A stretch of 36,508 bases of DNA from Octopus bimaculoides (taxonomy: Eukaryota). Position numbers and translations under genes: made by a program. Numbering within the stretch: position 1 is the first letter of the stretch; every line of letters begins with the position of its first letter. The stretch covers positions 37,409,836 through 37,446,343 of the forward strand of contig NC_069001.1 in the NCBI RefSeq assembly GCF_001194135.2, written 5' to 3'. The notes under the pieces were generated by a model. That model had not been told where the DNA came from. It saw only the letters and a program-made list of their open reading frames with translations, and did not search any database. Below, in pieces: positions 1 to 10,830 of this stretch.

Positions 1-342
1 ATATATATCCAACGCAAGTGTGTTCAAATCATTCTAGAATCAATAAATATATAGTTTTAAGTCTCTAAAATAGTAAGGTAAGATAAAATAAAGTATACAG
101 GCATATACAAGGACATAAACTTCAGAAATATCATGAATGTTTAAAATATTTATAAACATGCATAGTTTCCAAGTTGTATAAAAATATTTAATAATTTAAG
201 ACAATACATTACGATATATAAACGTACAGTATGATTTAATATATAGTGGGTAAATATATACGATATGATATGATATTACAAATTTATATGTATTATATTA
301 AAAAAAACAACCGTACAATACATAGGTAATGCTAAAAGTTAG

Positions 343-425
343 CATCTACGGACCGTTTCTGAGACGTGTCTATTAATATCGTGTAGTACTCATATTAGAA
401 ATTAGACACTCCCTTCATCAGGATG
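343..425 (-). ncRNA. Type I hammerhead ribozyme motif, long stem II, near-palindromic stem III
   Basis: Minus strand reads CAUC-CUGAUGA-A-GGGAGUGUCUA...UAGACACGUCUC-A-GAAA-CGG-U-CCG-UA^GAUG. Catalytic core intact, 4-bp stem I (CAUC/GAUG), GUA cleavage between 347 and 346; A.A mismatch at the base of stem II. Confidence 0.75.
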
Positions 426-609
426 TTCATTGTTACAGAAAGAGAGGAAAAAATAAAAATCTCAAAAGGTTACAGTGACATAATACAATATGTTAACAGA
501 CATGTAAAATCAAACGGACCTAATACAATACATCATGGCTCTTTTTTTCAGTTAACTTTGAAGTTACATATTTTTATTCCCAACCAGATAGAGTACTTTT
601 TTTTTGTTG

Positions 610-750
610 ATCTTACCATCATGCAACAGTACATTGAACATAACACCATTAAAATATTTGCAGATGACTAAGCTCCAGAAAGTCATTAAGGGAGCCTATG
701 ATCGAACGATGCTTCAATTGGACTCAAGAATTGTGTGCAATAGGACTGAA
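610..750 (+). mobile_element. Degenerate CR1/L2-like LINE reverse transcriptase fragment
   Basis: IEHNTIKIFADD then, after a frameshift, KLQKVIKGAYDRTMLQLD; matches the (F/Y)ADD-TKL region of CR1/L2/Jockey-group RTs. Confidence 0.65.
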
Positions 751-894
751 CCCGAATCAATGGGGATGAGAAACAATCAGCTTAACCACAGGCAAGCGCA
801 CGAGTACTTAAATGAAAGAAAGAAAGTGACACTCAACACATTAGTTTGAGTTGTACTTAATGATGAGTCACTCAAAGTTTTGATAGGGTTGAGT

Positions 895-980
895 CAGATT
901 TGACTGCTATCTCTAGCAGGTGGTGCAGCCACAAAGAGGTAAGATAAGGTTTGAAGGAGATTTGGCTGCTATTTCTAGCA
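895..980 (+). repeat. Two tandem copies of a short interspersed motif (TTTGGCTGCTATTTCTAGCAG)
   Basis: Same motif recurs at about 9975-10000 (-), 32018-32035 and 32163-32182. Confidence 0.55.
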
Positions 981-1066
981 GACTGTTTTTTTACCATATA
1001 GAGGCAGTGATTGTTGGTTCAATTTCTACAGCCATCAGTAGGTTTAAAGGTAACAAAGACACTTAC

Positions 1067-1201
1067 CTGTGTTATATATTTACTGCCCTTTGATGTTTTT
1101 GCTGGGGGTGGAATAAATGGGGCTCGCAGCTGAGTAAAAACAGGTTTCTTGGATTTTAATCTTCTGTTCCGGAAATTTCCAGAATCAAATTGGCGGCTGA
1201 T
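1067..1201 (-). CDS. Internal coding exon (135 nt, phase 0-0) of an unidentified gene
   Basis: Strong polypyrimidine acceptor TTTTTTTCTAG at 1202, perfect donor CAG|GTAAGT at 1066; open frame ISRQFDSGNFRNRRLKSKKPVFTQLRAPFIPPPAKTSKGSKYITQ, in phase with exon 2443-2207. Confidence 0.75.
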
Positions 1202-1603
1202 CTAGAAAAAAACAAAAAAACAAAAAAAAGAAACCATTTTGAGAGAAGATTCTAAGCAAAATTTGGTTGGTTTTGAAATCTTAAAAGTTTTGTTTTCCTT
1301 AGTAAGGGAGAATTATAATAAGTGTTCTTGTGAAGATTAAAAGAGCTGTGAAGGGAAGTGGGAGGGTGAAAGAGGGATGAGTTAGTGTGAAAAGGTGTGT
1401 GTGTGGAAAGGTGGGTGAGTGTGTATAAAAAGGTGTATGTATGGGGAAAGTGGAAGGAAAAGTAAGGTGGGGCAACAGAGGTGTGCTTAGATATCCAAAT
1501 GTCATGTGATCTCTTGCTCCCCTCTCCCCCCTACAGCCCCTGCCCTACTTACTTGAATTGTAAGCAAATATTCATAAAACTGGAAATAATTATTTCTACT
1601 CTA

Positions 1604-1797
1604 GGCATAAAGCCTTTTGGGAGTGAAGGGGACTAGTTGATTACATCGACACCAGAGCATAACTGGTACTTATTTCATTGACACTGAAAGGATGAAAAGC
1701 AAAGTTGACCTCAGTGGAATTTGAACTCAGAACGTAGTGGCAGATGAAACACTGCAAAGCATTTTGTCGAGCAGGCTAATGACTCTGCCAGCTCACC
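1604..1797 (-). mobile_element. tRNA-derived SINE, family A
   Basis: Reverse complement GAGCTGGCAGAGTCATTAGC...GTTCTGAGTTCAAATTCC...TTTCATCCTTTC...AAGTACCAGT aligns with the copy at 30839-31075; A/B-box-like head. Confidence 0.75.
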
Positions 1798-1814
1798 ACA
1801 TCAAACATATTCTT

Positions 1815-1990
1815 CATCATCATTATCATTTTCCATGCTGGCATGGGTTGGATGGTTCAACAGGAACTGGAAAGCCAGAGGACTGTCTAAGTCAGCATGG
1901 TCTTTGCAGCTGGACGCCCTTTCTAACACCAGCCAACTTACAGAGTGGGTTGGGTGTTTTATATGCGGTCTCTTTTGGCAAGGCTTTTGC
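1815..1990 (-). mobile_element. Degenerate short element with RTE-type (GAT)n 3' tail
   Basis: CATCATTATCATTTTCCATGCTGGCATGGGTTGGATGG and GCTGGACGCCCTT motifs shared with 34890-35232 and 36366-36508. Confidence 0.65.
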
Positions 1991-2206
1991 AGCTGGACGC
2001 CCTTCTCAATAATAATCATAATTGAAATGTTACAGAAATTCTCTTATGTTTCTATTGTGATGTGATCTCGTTGATAAAGTTTACCTTGTTCACTTTTATA
2101 TAAAAAAACAAAATCAAACGTTTACTCTGGAGAAGTTTTTTTCTGAATTCACAAAGATAAACAGAGGTAAAAATAAAAGAGAGAGAGAGAGAGGGGGGGG
2201 ACTGAC

Positions 2207-2443
2207 CTCAGAGAACTTCATACTTCTTGTTCTTTCATGAAGAGGAACGGGTGTGGANNNNNNNNNNNNNNNNNNNNNNNNNNNNNNNNNNNNNNNNNNN
2301 NNNNNNNNNNNNNNNNNNNNNNNNNNNNNNNNNNNNNNNNNNNNNNNNNNNNNNNNNNNNNNNNNNNNNNNCGCCTCATGGCTGTCATTTGAGTCGGTGA
2401 AGTATATTTGCGGCTCTTTTCTATCATCATGACAACAAAAACT
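2207..2443 (-). CDS. Coding exon (237 nt including a 114-N gap, phase 0-0) of the same unidentified gene
   Basis: Acceptor TTATTTCACAG at 2444, donor GAG|GTCAGT at 2206; SFCCHDDRKEPQIYFTDSNDSHEA-[38 X]-STPVPLHERTRSMKFSE joins in frame to exon 1201-1067. The 5' frame depends on the gap size being right. Confidence 0.65.
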
Positions 2444-2704
2444 CTGTGAAATAACAACAACAATAACAATATGATTTGTAAAAAGCATGCCTGACTTCAA
2501 AGCCTAACCCCATGGTCTAACGTGAAATGCTTGGTTGACCAAAGTATGCACTTCTTAATGAATGAAGGGTTAGGTGTAGTCAAAGCATGAACACATAAAG
2601 AAACCAATACAAATGTCTATGTGTGTGTGTGTGTATGTATGTGTATAAATATATATATGTATGTATGTAAATATATGTATGTATGTGTATAAATAAATAA
2701 ATAA

Positions 2705-2743
<39 letters not shown>

Positions 2744-2892
2744 CAGGACTTGGACAAAATAATGGAAACACCTAGCATCATAATTTCAAAATATTTATAA
2801 AACCGTCAAAAGCTTGTTTATTTCTATGTTTTTTGATTTATTATTAGTGTTGATTAATATGTTTTGCTCTTTCTTTTCAGACATCATCAGAA

Positions 2893-3195
2893 AAAGTTGA
2901 ACAAATCGACCCCCAAGACTTATTTTTTAAAGCTTAGTACTTAATCTATCAGTCTCTTTTCACCGAACTGCTAGGTTATGGGGACATAAACACCAATACC
3001 AGTTGTCAAGCAGTGATGGGGGGGGGGGGGGGACAAACACACACACACACACACATATATATGTATATAAGACAGGTTTCTTTCAGTTTCTGCCTACCAA
3101 ATCCACTCACACAGCTTTGGTCAGTCCAAGGCTGTAGTAGAAGACACTTGCACAAGGTGCCATGCAGTGGGACTGAACCTGGAACCATCTGTAAA
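2893..3195 (-). mobile_element. tRNA-derived SINE, family C (internal microsatellite)
   Basis: Reverse complement matches the near-full-length plus copy at 28110-28520 (GGCACCTTG..CAAGTGTCTTCTACT, TTTGGTAG, (GT)n centre). Confidence 0.8.
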
Positions 3196-3439
3196 GCAGT
3201 CAGTATTGAACAAATTTGGTTAACTCAATGCAACAATCAAATACCGATGAATGCAAGTGGAATAAACATCCAAGAGAAGTCTTCATGCTGAGAAGAATTC
3301 CAAGTATGATACAAGAATAAGAATGGAGAAAATCATATCCTTAATTGGTGGATACACCATACTGGCAATTGTTTCTCTCATATACAAAAACAGCCATACC
3401 AGCAATCCAACATACCTCCATCATCAGCTGCCCCACGGA

Positions 3440-3610
3440 TGTCATTATGGTTTTGACACCTGGGCAGAACTGTTCAATCCGGCAGTGTCAAAGCACTAAA
3501 ATAAGTGTTGCTTTGGAACAAACATACCGAAGAAACCACGACTTTCAAACACATTTACTCTATGTACTGCCATCATGGAAAACAAGCATTAAATGTCGAT
3601 GATGATGACA
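3440..3610 (+). mobile_element. Degenerate RTE-type 3' tail fragment
   Basis: Ends TGCCATCATGGAAAACAAGCATTAAATGTCGATGATGATGA, like the tail of the RTE LINE at 7620-7697. Confidence 0.45.
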
Positions 3611-4727
3611 CACACCCAGACAGTGTTTATAAATCATCTTTACAACTTCCACAATTTATTGTATTTCATAACCAATGGAGCCCTCTTGGAAGTCTTCTGA
3701 TGTTTCTACTGAAACTTTGTTTCCCAATAAACTCTGCTGGGTCAACCTTATTTTGCACTTTTTATAAATTTTTCATATTGTAAAGGTAATCTATGGACAC
3801 ACACACACACACACACACACAGAGATACATATTTCTACATATGAGTTTAAATTCATGCTTGAATGAACCAAAAAAACTTCTAGCAATTTCCCACAGTGTA
3901 TGTAACTATTTTCAGCTAATGATCAACCTAACCTGAAATGAAGATACCCACCCAACCAGAACAATTTCTTTACATTCCAAGTCTCTTCAACCACCACCAC
4001 CACCACTACTATATCCGAGAAAGCAGCTACTTTATATCAAATATCTGAATAAAGCAATGAGAAAGCAAAAATTTGCAAACGGCATATCACAATGTTAGGT
4101 CACCTTTGTTTTATGACAATATAAGTCTCCTTACAAAAGCCTGATGCACTCTCTGAGTGTGAGTGTGCGCTTGAGTGCATGGCCACAGAGATAAGTAGGT
4201 GCAGTGAGAAATGAGAGAAAAAGAAAATGTGTATGAGAGAGAGAAAGAGAGAGAGAGAAGGGAGAGCAAGAGAGTATATGCACGAGAGAGAGAGGCAGAG
4301 AAAGAATATGTGAAAGATAAGGGGAAAGAGTGTGTTAGAGAGAGAGAGGGAGAGAGAGAGACAGATCACTGTTGGTGTTATTGTTGTTGTAAGTTTATAC
4401 AGTGATAAATCAAAAAAGAAAAAAAAAAAGAAAAGAAAGACCCATTTAATCTTCAAATGGTCGTTATGTCAACCTCAAGTGTTCCCCCATTTCCAAACTT
4501 CAAGAATACACATCAAGTCATTACACAAAACATGTTAAAACAAGTTGAAACATTTTTTGAAACTTGATACAAAACCAATTCTAATGATTTTCCTTATTTG
4601 TTTGTTGGAATTATCAGCTGAAGCAAGAGGCCAGTGTAAAAGCTGGGTGAACGTCTCCTTCAATTATGTAACAGTTCATTCAGTCTGACTTTTAATTCAA
4701 ATTGCAATTTCATTCTTTTTAACTCAC

Positions 4728-4759
4728 CACTGTACAATGAATGGTGTGTGTCTATTTGA
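4728..4759 (-). other. Candidate 32-nt micro-exon (or 24 nt via downstream AG)
   Basis: TTGTTTTACAG acceptor at 4760 and GTG|GTGAGT donor at 4727. The 32-nt form does not keep the frame of exon 2443; the 24-nt form (THTIHCTV) would. Confidence 0.3.
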
Positions 4760-5199
4760 CTGTAAAACAAAGAGCAGTCTGTATAGGTTGCATGTTTTAA
4801 ATGCCTGGGGACTGATCAGTTTGAAGACATTTGTGTGTCACGCATATATACGGAGAGAAAGAAAGAAACATGGCACAAGTGGGGCAAGTCCCTAACTCTT
4901 TGCTGCATTCTAAAAATTAATTTAATATTGATGGCCCAAAATAGGGATGAGTATTTCAGGCGAAGAGTTCGGCTCTTGCTGCACTTTTGCCACATCTATC
5001 TTATGCTAAATATGCTCCTTTGTCACTTCCATTATAATTTTGAAAGAATAACTGTTAAAATTGAACTGCACTTTTCAAAACTTGCACTAAGAATAAGCAC
5101 AAGGTAAAATTACTACCTGCTTTTATAGCAAGTTGATGCAAGTAGTTTATCCCATCCCCTTCTGACTTTTAGTTCATGTAATTGAAAAAAAAAAACTGC

Positions 5200-5670
5200 A
5201 TTATTTATGGGATAACCTAATACTTGATAGAATATTATGATTGCAAAAATGAAATACCATGTCCCGACCATCAATTAATATTTACAAAGCTAAAGTTAGT
5301 GGGTATTTAAGCAATGCATCCATGGATGGTTCATGGGTCGGATGTGGTGCTGAAGGAGCAGTAAGAACTCCTGAAATATAAATATACATCTGTAACCTGT
5401 TTTTTTTTTCTATCTTCGATTGCATTGTTTACATTAGACGTATTCAGATATGAAACATTGTATCTTGCAGTGTTGGTTCTGAATTCTTTGTAGAGATAAA
5501 CTTAAGAATAAGAACATCTCACTGCTAATACAAAAGTAAGGCATAATATTGATTTGTAAGCCTTTAATGTACTTGGTAGTATATTCTGCTTGCAAAATGA
5601 ACTACTGTGTCCTTGCTAGAAATTAATATTAATGTTTTGCAAAGTCTGAACTGGTGGTGCACTCCATGCA
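5200..5670 (-). repeat. About 1.3 units of a ~349-bp tandem repeat, homologous to 26387-26925
   Basis: CCAACACTG.AAG.TACAATGTTTCATAT.TGAATACGTCTAATGTAAACAATGCAATC.AAGATAG and CAGCACCACATCCGACCCAT.AACCATCCA blocks shared with the 26.4-kb locus; unit anchors at 5570 and 5221. Confidence 0.75.
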
Positions 5671-6034
5671 TTTGCTGTTTGAAATATCTGTAATGTCTAT
5701 CTACCTACCTACCTACCTACCTACCTACCTATCTATCTATCTCCCTATCTCCCTATCTATCTATCTAAAAACACACACACAAACACACACGCATAATATA
5801 CATTCATGCTTAATATCTACACACACAAATTTTACTGCTTACAATTTCTGTCCATTAGGAAACTCACCAAACCACATTTTAATTAGAAAAATATTTCAGA
5901 TTCAGTTCCAAGATCTATAAATCAATTTGCTAATAAGTTCATTAATTATGCAATGTTATTATTTCAATGCACAAGTAATCAATCAGGTGAAGGCCTATTT
6001 ATCCCAGATGATTCAATACGATTTATTTATAGTG

Positions 6035-6170
6035 AGGGAACAGCCTAGTGGTTAGGGTGTTGGTTTCACTATCATAAAATCGAGGGTTCAATTCCTGGGC
6101 CAGGAAATATGTAACATCCTTAAGCAGAGCACTACATTTTGTGTTACTCTAAAAATGAAGACCAGCTTAG
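6035..6170 (+). mobile_element. tRNA-derived SINE head, family D
   Basis: AGCCTAGTGGTTAGGGTGTT (A box) ... GGGTTCAATTCC (B box); similar to 12183-12410 and 33625-33680. Confidence 0.6.
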
Positions 6171-6184
6171 TACTGGTGCAGCTC

Positions 6185-6341
6185 TCACCCCCCAGCTTAT
6201 GGAGTAATCTTTCCCCTCACCCCCAGCTTGTGGAATAATCTTTCCCTTCACCTCCAGCTTGTGGAGTAATCTTTTCCCTCAACCCCCAGCTTATGGAGTA
6301 ACCTTTGCCCTCACCCCCAGATTGTGGAGTAACCTTTGCCC
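6185..6341. repeat. 31-bp minisatellite, 5 copies
   Basis: Unit consensus TCACCCCCAGCTTGTGGAGTAATCTTTCCCC, head-to-tail with no spacers. Confidence 0.9.
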
Positions 6342-6427
6342 GAATTTATGTATATATATCTGTGTTTAACTATCTATATATATGTATATGTACACACACA
6401 TGTATGCGTGTGTGTGTTTAAAATATC

Positions 6428-6591
6428 TGGCAGAGTAGGATATGACCTTAGGATCTAGTCAACCACATAGTCAATCAGGTTATTCAGCAAGGTGTCATCG
6501 CCAATGATGACTGGCCTAATAGCATTAAAGTTAGCTACTACAAGTGTAAACGAGATAGAATTATGAAGGTATCAAATTGCTGAACCAAGTC

Positions 6592-6668
<77 letters not shown>

Positions 6669-7697
6669 ATAGCCCAATTCACTAAAAACAACAGAATTAG
6701 ACGAGATGAAATGCAGTTCAGCTTTGTGCTTGGGAGCAGTAGTTAGTTAAGAATAAACCATTGTACCTGGCATTCTTTGACTTGGAGAAAACCTTCAACA
6801 GGGTACCTTGCTCTGTGACATGGTGGGCTTTGAGGAAGTTTGGGACAGAAGAATAGCATGTGAAAGCTGTAGAGAGGTGTTGTTAGTAAGGTAAGAGTTA
6901 ACCATGAGTACATTGAGGAATTTAGTGTACAGGTAGGCATACACCAGGGCTAAGTTCTCAGTCCCTCTCCTATTCATCATCATCCTCCAGGTCATAACAG
7001 AGAATTTAAGACTTACCACCCCAGGGAACTACTATATGCTGATGATTTCACTCTCATGGCAGAATATCTAACAGAATTGGGAAAGAAATTCCCAGTGTAG
7101 AAGCAAAACCAGGAATCAAAGACCGTTAATTTAGCAAAACATAAAGTTCTAGTAAGCAAGAAACTAGACAAGACTCTACCACCTTCAGGTAAATGACCTT
7201 GCTTGACATGTAGGAAAGGTGTAAGCAGAAATTCCATGCAGTGTACTCAGTGCAAGCTATGGACCCAGAAGCAGTGCAATCAGAGAATGGTTAACAGAGA
7301 AAGGAGTGTTTGTGTGTGGAAGATGCAGAGGAGACATGGGTAACTGATTGTAATCAAATGCTCTGGAAGCTCTCTACAGGTTGTAGATAATTTCTGTTTC
7401 TTAGATGACCTAATCAGCAGTGGAGGAGGATGTTCCAAAAGTGTAATTGCTAGAATAAGATGGGAAAAAATTCAGAGAGCTTTTACCTCTGTTGGCAACT
7501 GAAGGTCTCTCTCTCTCTCTGAATGAAAGGAAGATTGTATGATGTTGTGTACAAAAAGCAATGACAGTGAGATTAGCCAGAGAAACCATTCCAAAGCAGA
7601 CTTTGGTGCAGTCCACTGGCCAACCAGATCCTTTCAAACTGTCCAACAGATGCCAGCATGGAAAACGGACATTAAATGATGATGATGATGATGATAA
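6428..7697 (+). mobile_element. 5'-truncated, decayed RTE-clade LINE (RT, PHD-like finger, 3' tail)
   Basis: GIKLLNQVM, KNKPLYLAFFDLEKTFNRVP..WWALRK, GIHQG*VLSPLLFII, ELLYADD, KFRELLPLLA; ends CCAGCATGGAAAACGGACATTAAATGATGATGATG. Many stops and frameshifts; (GA)n at 6594-6666 inside. Confidence 0.9.
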
Positions 7698-7970
7698 TAA
7701 TATATATCGATGTGTGTGCGTCATTGTTCACCACCACCACCTGACAACTGGTGCTGGTTTCTTTACATCCCTGTAACTTTCAGGCATGGAAGCGCCAACA
7801 GCCAAATCCATCTGAGATGCAAGCAGACAACGAAGCCGTCCTGCATGAAATCGTTCCGTGTCCATGCATTAGTAACATGTAGGCTTGTGTTGAGGAGCTG
7901 CTGTCTCATATAAGGTGAAACCGACTGTTTGCCGAGTCTGTAGAGGAATGTATAACCCTCTTTTGGCAGA

Positions 7971-8023
7971 GAAGTCACTGTCACATTTCTATTAGAAGAG
8001 GTGTGATAGTGACTTCGAAGTTT
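7971..8023 (-). repeat. Short hairpin containing the 3' half of a hammerhead motif (AAAC-UUCG-AAGUC^ACUAUCAC)
   Basis: 15-bp inverted repeat 7971-7985/8002-8016; minus-strand AAACTTCGAAGTCACTATCACACCTCTTCTAATAG is 17/22 identical past the cleavage site to the copy at 20178. Confidence 0.6.
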
Positions 8024-8116
8024 AGTAAACTTGTACTCTATGAAAAATTACTGAGTACTTCTTAAGTTTGTTTATTATAACTTGACATAAAAAAACAACA
8101 AACATTAGTAAGAAAG

Positions 8117-8195
<79 letters not shown>

Positions 8196-8463
8196 NNNNN
8201 NNNNNTATATATGCGGAGAGAGAGAAAGAAAGAGGTCGGAAGCGAATCACGAAAAAGTTGTCTTTGTGAACAAAAAATAAAGAACTCGTAGAATAAATGT
8301 GGTGTAAAAATTGGTCAATTATAACAGTCCCGATTTTTGTCAAAAGTAAAACGTTAATTTTGACTCCTAATGAGTATTTCTCAATTTATTTATTTAGTTT
8401 GGTAATTAAAACTTAAACGAAAGATATATATCTATAACGGATTTTAATAGACACACACACAAT

Positions 8464-8795
8464 CTTCTGTTTCAATCACTGGATTGCGGCCATTTGGGGG
8501 GCACAGCCTTAAAGGATTTAATAAAACAAATCCACCCTATCAGTTTCTTTTCCGAAAAGAGTTACAGGGAATGTAAACAAACCAACACTGGCTGTCAAGT
8601 GGTGGAGAGGGACAACCACACACACACACACACACACACATGCATGTACAGCAGGCTTCTTGCAGTTTCCGTCTACACAATCCATTCACAAGGCTTTGGT
8701 TGACTCAGGGCTATAGCAGAGGTGCCACGCAGTGGGATTGAAATCGGAACCGTGTGGTTGAATAAGCAAACTTCTTACCACAGTAGGCACGCCTG
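8464..8795 (-). mobile_element. tRNA-derived SINE, family C
   Basis: Reverse complement aligns with 28110-28520 from head (GTGGTAAGAAGTTTGCTT) to tail (GGCCGCAATCC..TGATTGAAACAG). Confidence 0.75.
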
Positions 8796-8857
8796 TGTGC
8801 AGACCTAATTAAATTTTAATTGCACGACAATTAAACGAGTACTTAGAACAATGTGAG

Positions 8858-9068
8858 CAGTAATCCCTCGATTATCGCGGGTATTACGTTCTCAAAACCC
8901 CCGTGATAGGTTAAGATCTGCGAAGCGGATACAGTACTGTATATTTTATCATTACTTTCATGATTTGTACAAATTTATTTTATCATAAATGCAAAACAAC
9001 ACCACAGAGGTCGACGGAAGCTTAAATAAACCGCGTTAGGTGAACCGCGATAAGGCGAGGGATTATTG
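8858..9068. mobile_element. pogo/Tigger-like MITE
   Basis: TIRs CAGTAATCCCTCG...CGAGGGATTATTG, TA on the right; same family in opposite orientation at 18654-18903. Confidence 0.8.
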
Positions 9069-9406
9069 TATATTCTTGCTTATCCGAATGGTAACTGCGA
9101 CGATGGCTCGTATTACCGTCCGAGATCGATTAGATTTGAAATCAACAGTTTGTGGCAGGTCACAAAGTACATAAATAAATGGCCATTTTCTTAATTGTTC
9201 TTCGTTCATCCAGTTCTCCGAGGCATCACCATCATCATCCAAACTTCATCGTTACACAAGATGAAGAATACTTCGGAAAAGTTTTGCGAATTTGTGTTCT
9301 TCACACGGGAATTCATACAATTTGGAAAAAAAACAGATTTGGTGTGGATTTAAGGAGATTTAGCGGTTATTTTGCACAACTCGCACATATGTAGCGTATA
9401 CATATG

Positions 9407-9442
<36 letters not shown>

Positions 9443-9452
9443 CACGTGAGAC

Positions 9453-9483
<31 letters not shown>

Positions 9484-9665
9484 CTCCCCCTCTCTCAGTG
9501 CGAGACGCTCGCTCTTAAACCGGTTTGATAACATAAAGCAAAAGACAATTACACTGAGCGTGCTTGACCACACTAAATTTGATAACAAAAGCATCATTAG
9601 TGATTATAATAAGCAGCTTCTACTGATGCATACACACATTATATATATATCTCATAGAAACTTAC

Positions 9666-9900
9666 CGATTCTTTTTTTTAATCTACCACACTTAAAATAA
9701 CGGTTTTCAAAAATACTCACAGTTCGGGTACACCTCCTGTTTTCTCTAACTTCACACACCGGAGAGTGGTTTGTTTACGTTGGCTTAGCAACGACAGGTG
9801 CTCTCTGGGGGGTGGGGGAGACAGACAGACAACGACAGGTGCTCTCTGGGGGGAGAGAGAGAGACAACGCGATGGTGGGATAATGGCCAGGATGTACGTA
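9666..9900 (-). promoter_or_regulatory. Putative non-coding first exon/promoter of the minus-strand gene, two alternative donors
   Basis: Donors ACT|GTGAGT (9720) and TCG|GTAAGT (9665); CpG-richer than flanks; duplicated 24-bp E-box unit; GTAAACAAA forkhead-like site. Confidence 0.35.
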
Positions 9901-10629
9901 AGGTGGATGGGGGAACCATATGGACATCTCCGACCGGAAGGGACCTCTCCCCCCCCATACCCATCTGAGGCTGCTCGACCTACTAGAAATAGCAGCCAAG
10001 ACTTCCACAACTAACGTTTTAAAGGGAAGGAGGGAATATGTAGTCCTTAATGCAATATGTCTGATTAAAAGGCAGTGTTGTCACGGCTGGAACGACTTTG
10101 GTCGTAGGTCTACGTATTGAGCACTAACATCTCTTTCGGATTATATACGAGGAAAACGTTTTGTGGGCATCCGAATCGCTAGCAACAGCAAAAGAATTTT
10201 CCTCGAACCACATCTTAAAAGAGGACAAATAAGCTAATGTAATATTAGATAGACCGTGGAAGAAGAATATAGACGTGATGGTCACGAGTAGAACGTCTTT
10301 GATTATGTTTTTGTTCTGTCAGACTCGACCTGTTGCTTAAATAACAACACAACGGACGACGTGATGATATAAACCAAACACAACCCTTTAAAATTGAGTC
10401 TTATAACTAAATTAGAAATAACCGGGGGAGGGGGCGATAAATTAAATAAATAAAAGCCCCCCCCCCACGGATCTTTTTTCAAAATTCTTTTAACCACTTG
10501 AAGTATATCAACTTCTCATTTTAAAAAAAAATTTTTATACACTGATAACACTGCAGGTTGATAACATTAAACGAAGGATATAATACACGGAACATGCCCG
10601 GAGCACTAAATTTGATAATACAACACACG

Positions 10630-10830
10630 TGTGTCTTTGTATCTGTGTTTCTCTCTACACACCACTCGACATCCAGTGTTGGTTTGTTTACGTTCCTGTA
10701 ACATAGCGTTAGGCAAAAATGATCGATAGAATAAGCACCCGACTTTAAAATAAAACAAGTACCGATTCGTTCGACCAAAACCCTTGGAGGTGGTGCCCCA
10801 GCATGGCCACAGTCCAATGACAAACAAAAA
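10630..10830 (+). mobile_element. 3' half of SINE family C
   Basis: GTTTACGTTCCTGTAAC...GATAGAATAAG...GGTGGTGCCCCAGCATGGCCACAGTCCAATGAC tail. Confidence 0.7.

Noticed and set aside
3360-3432. Minus-strand CTGATGA...GAAACAATTGC
   Set aside because: Intervening sequence does not pair, U16.1 is missing and stem I is not complementary.
6185-6341. CRISPR-like array
   Set aside because: Units are contiguous with no unique spacers, the context is eukaryotic and there are no cas genes.
9117-9260. Minus-strand exon candidate SLDDDGDASENWMNEEQLRK...
   Set aside because: No convincing acceptor, weak donor; phases do not connect cleanly to the downstream exons.
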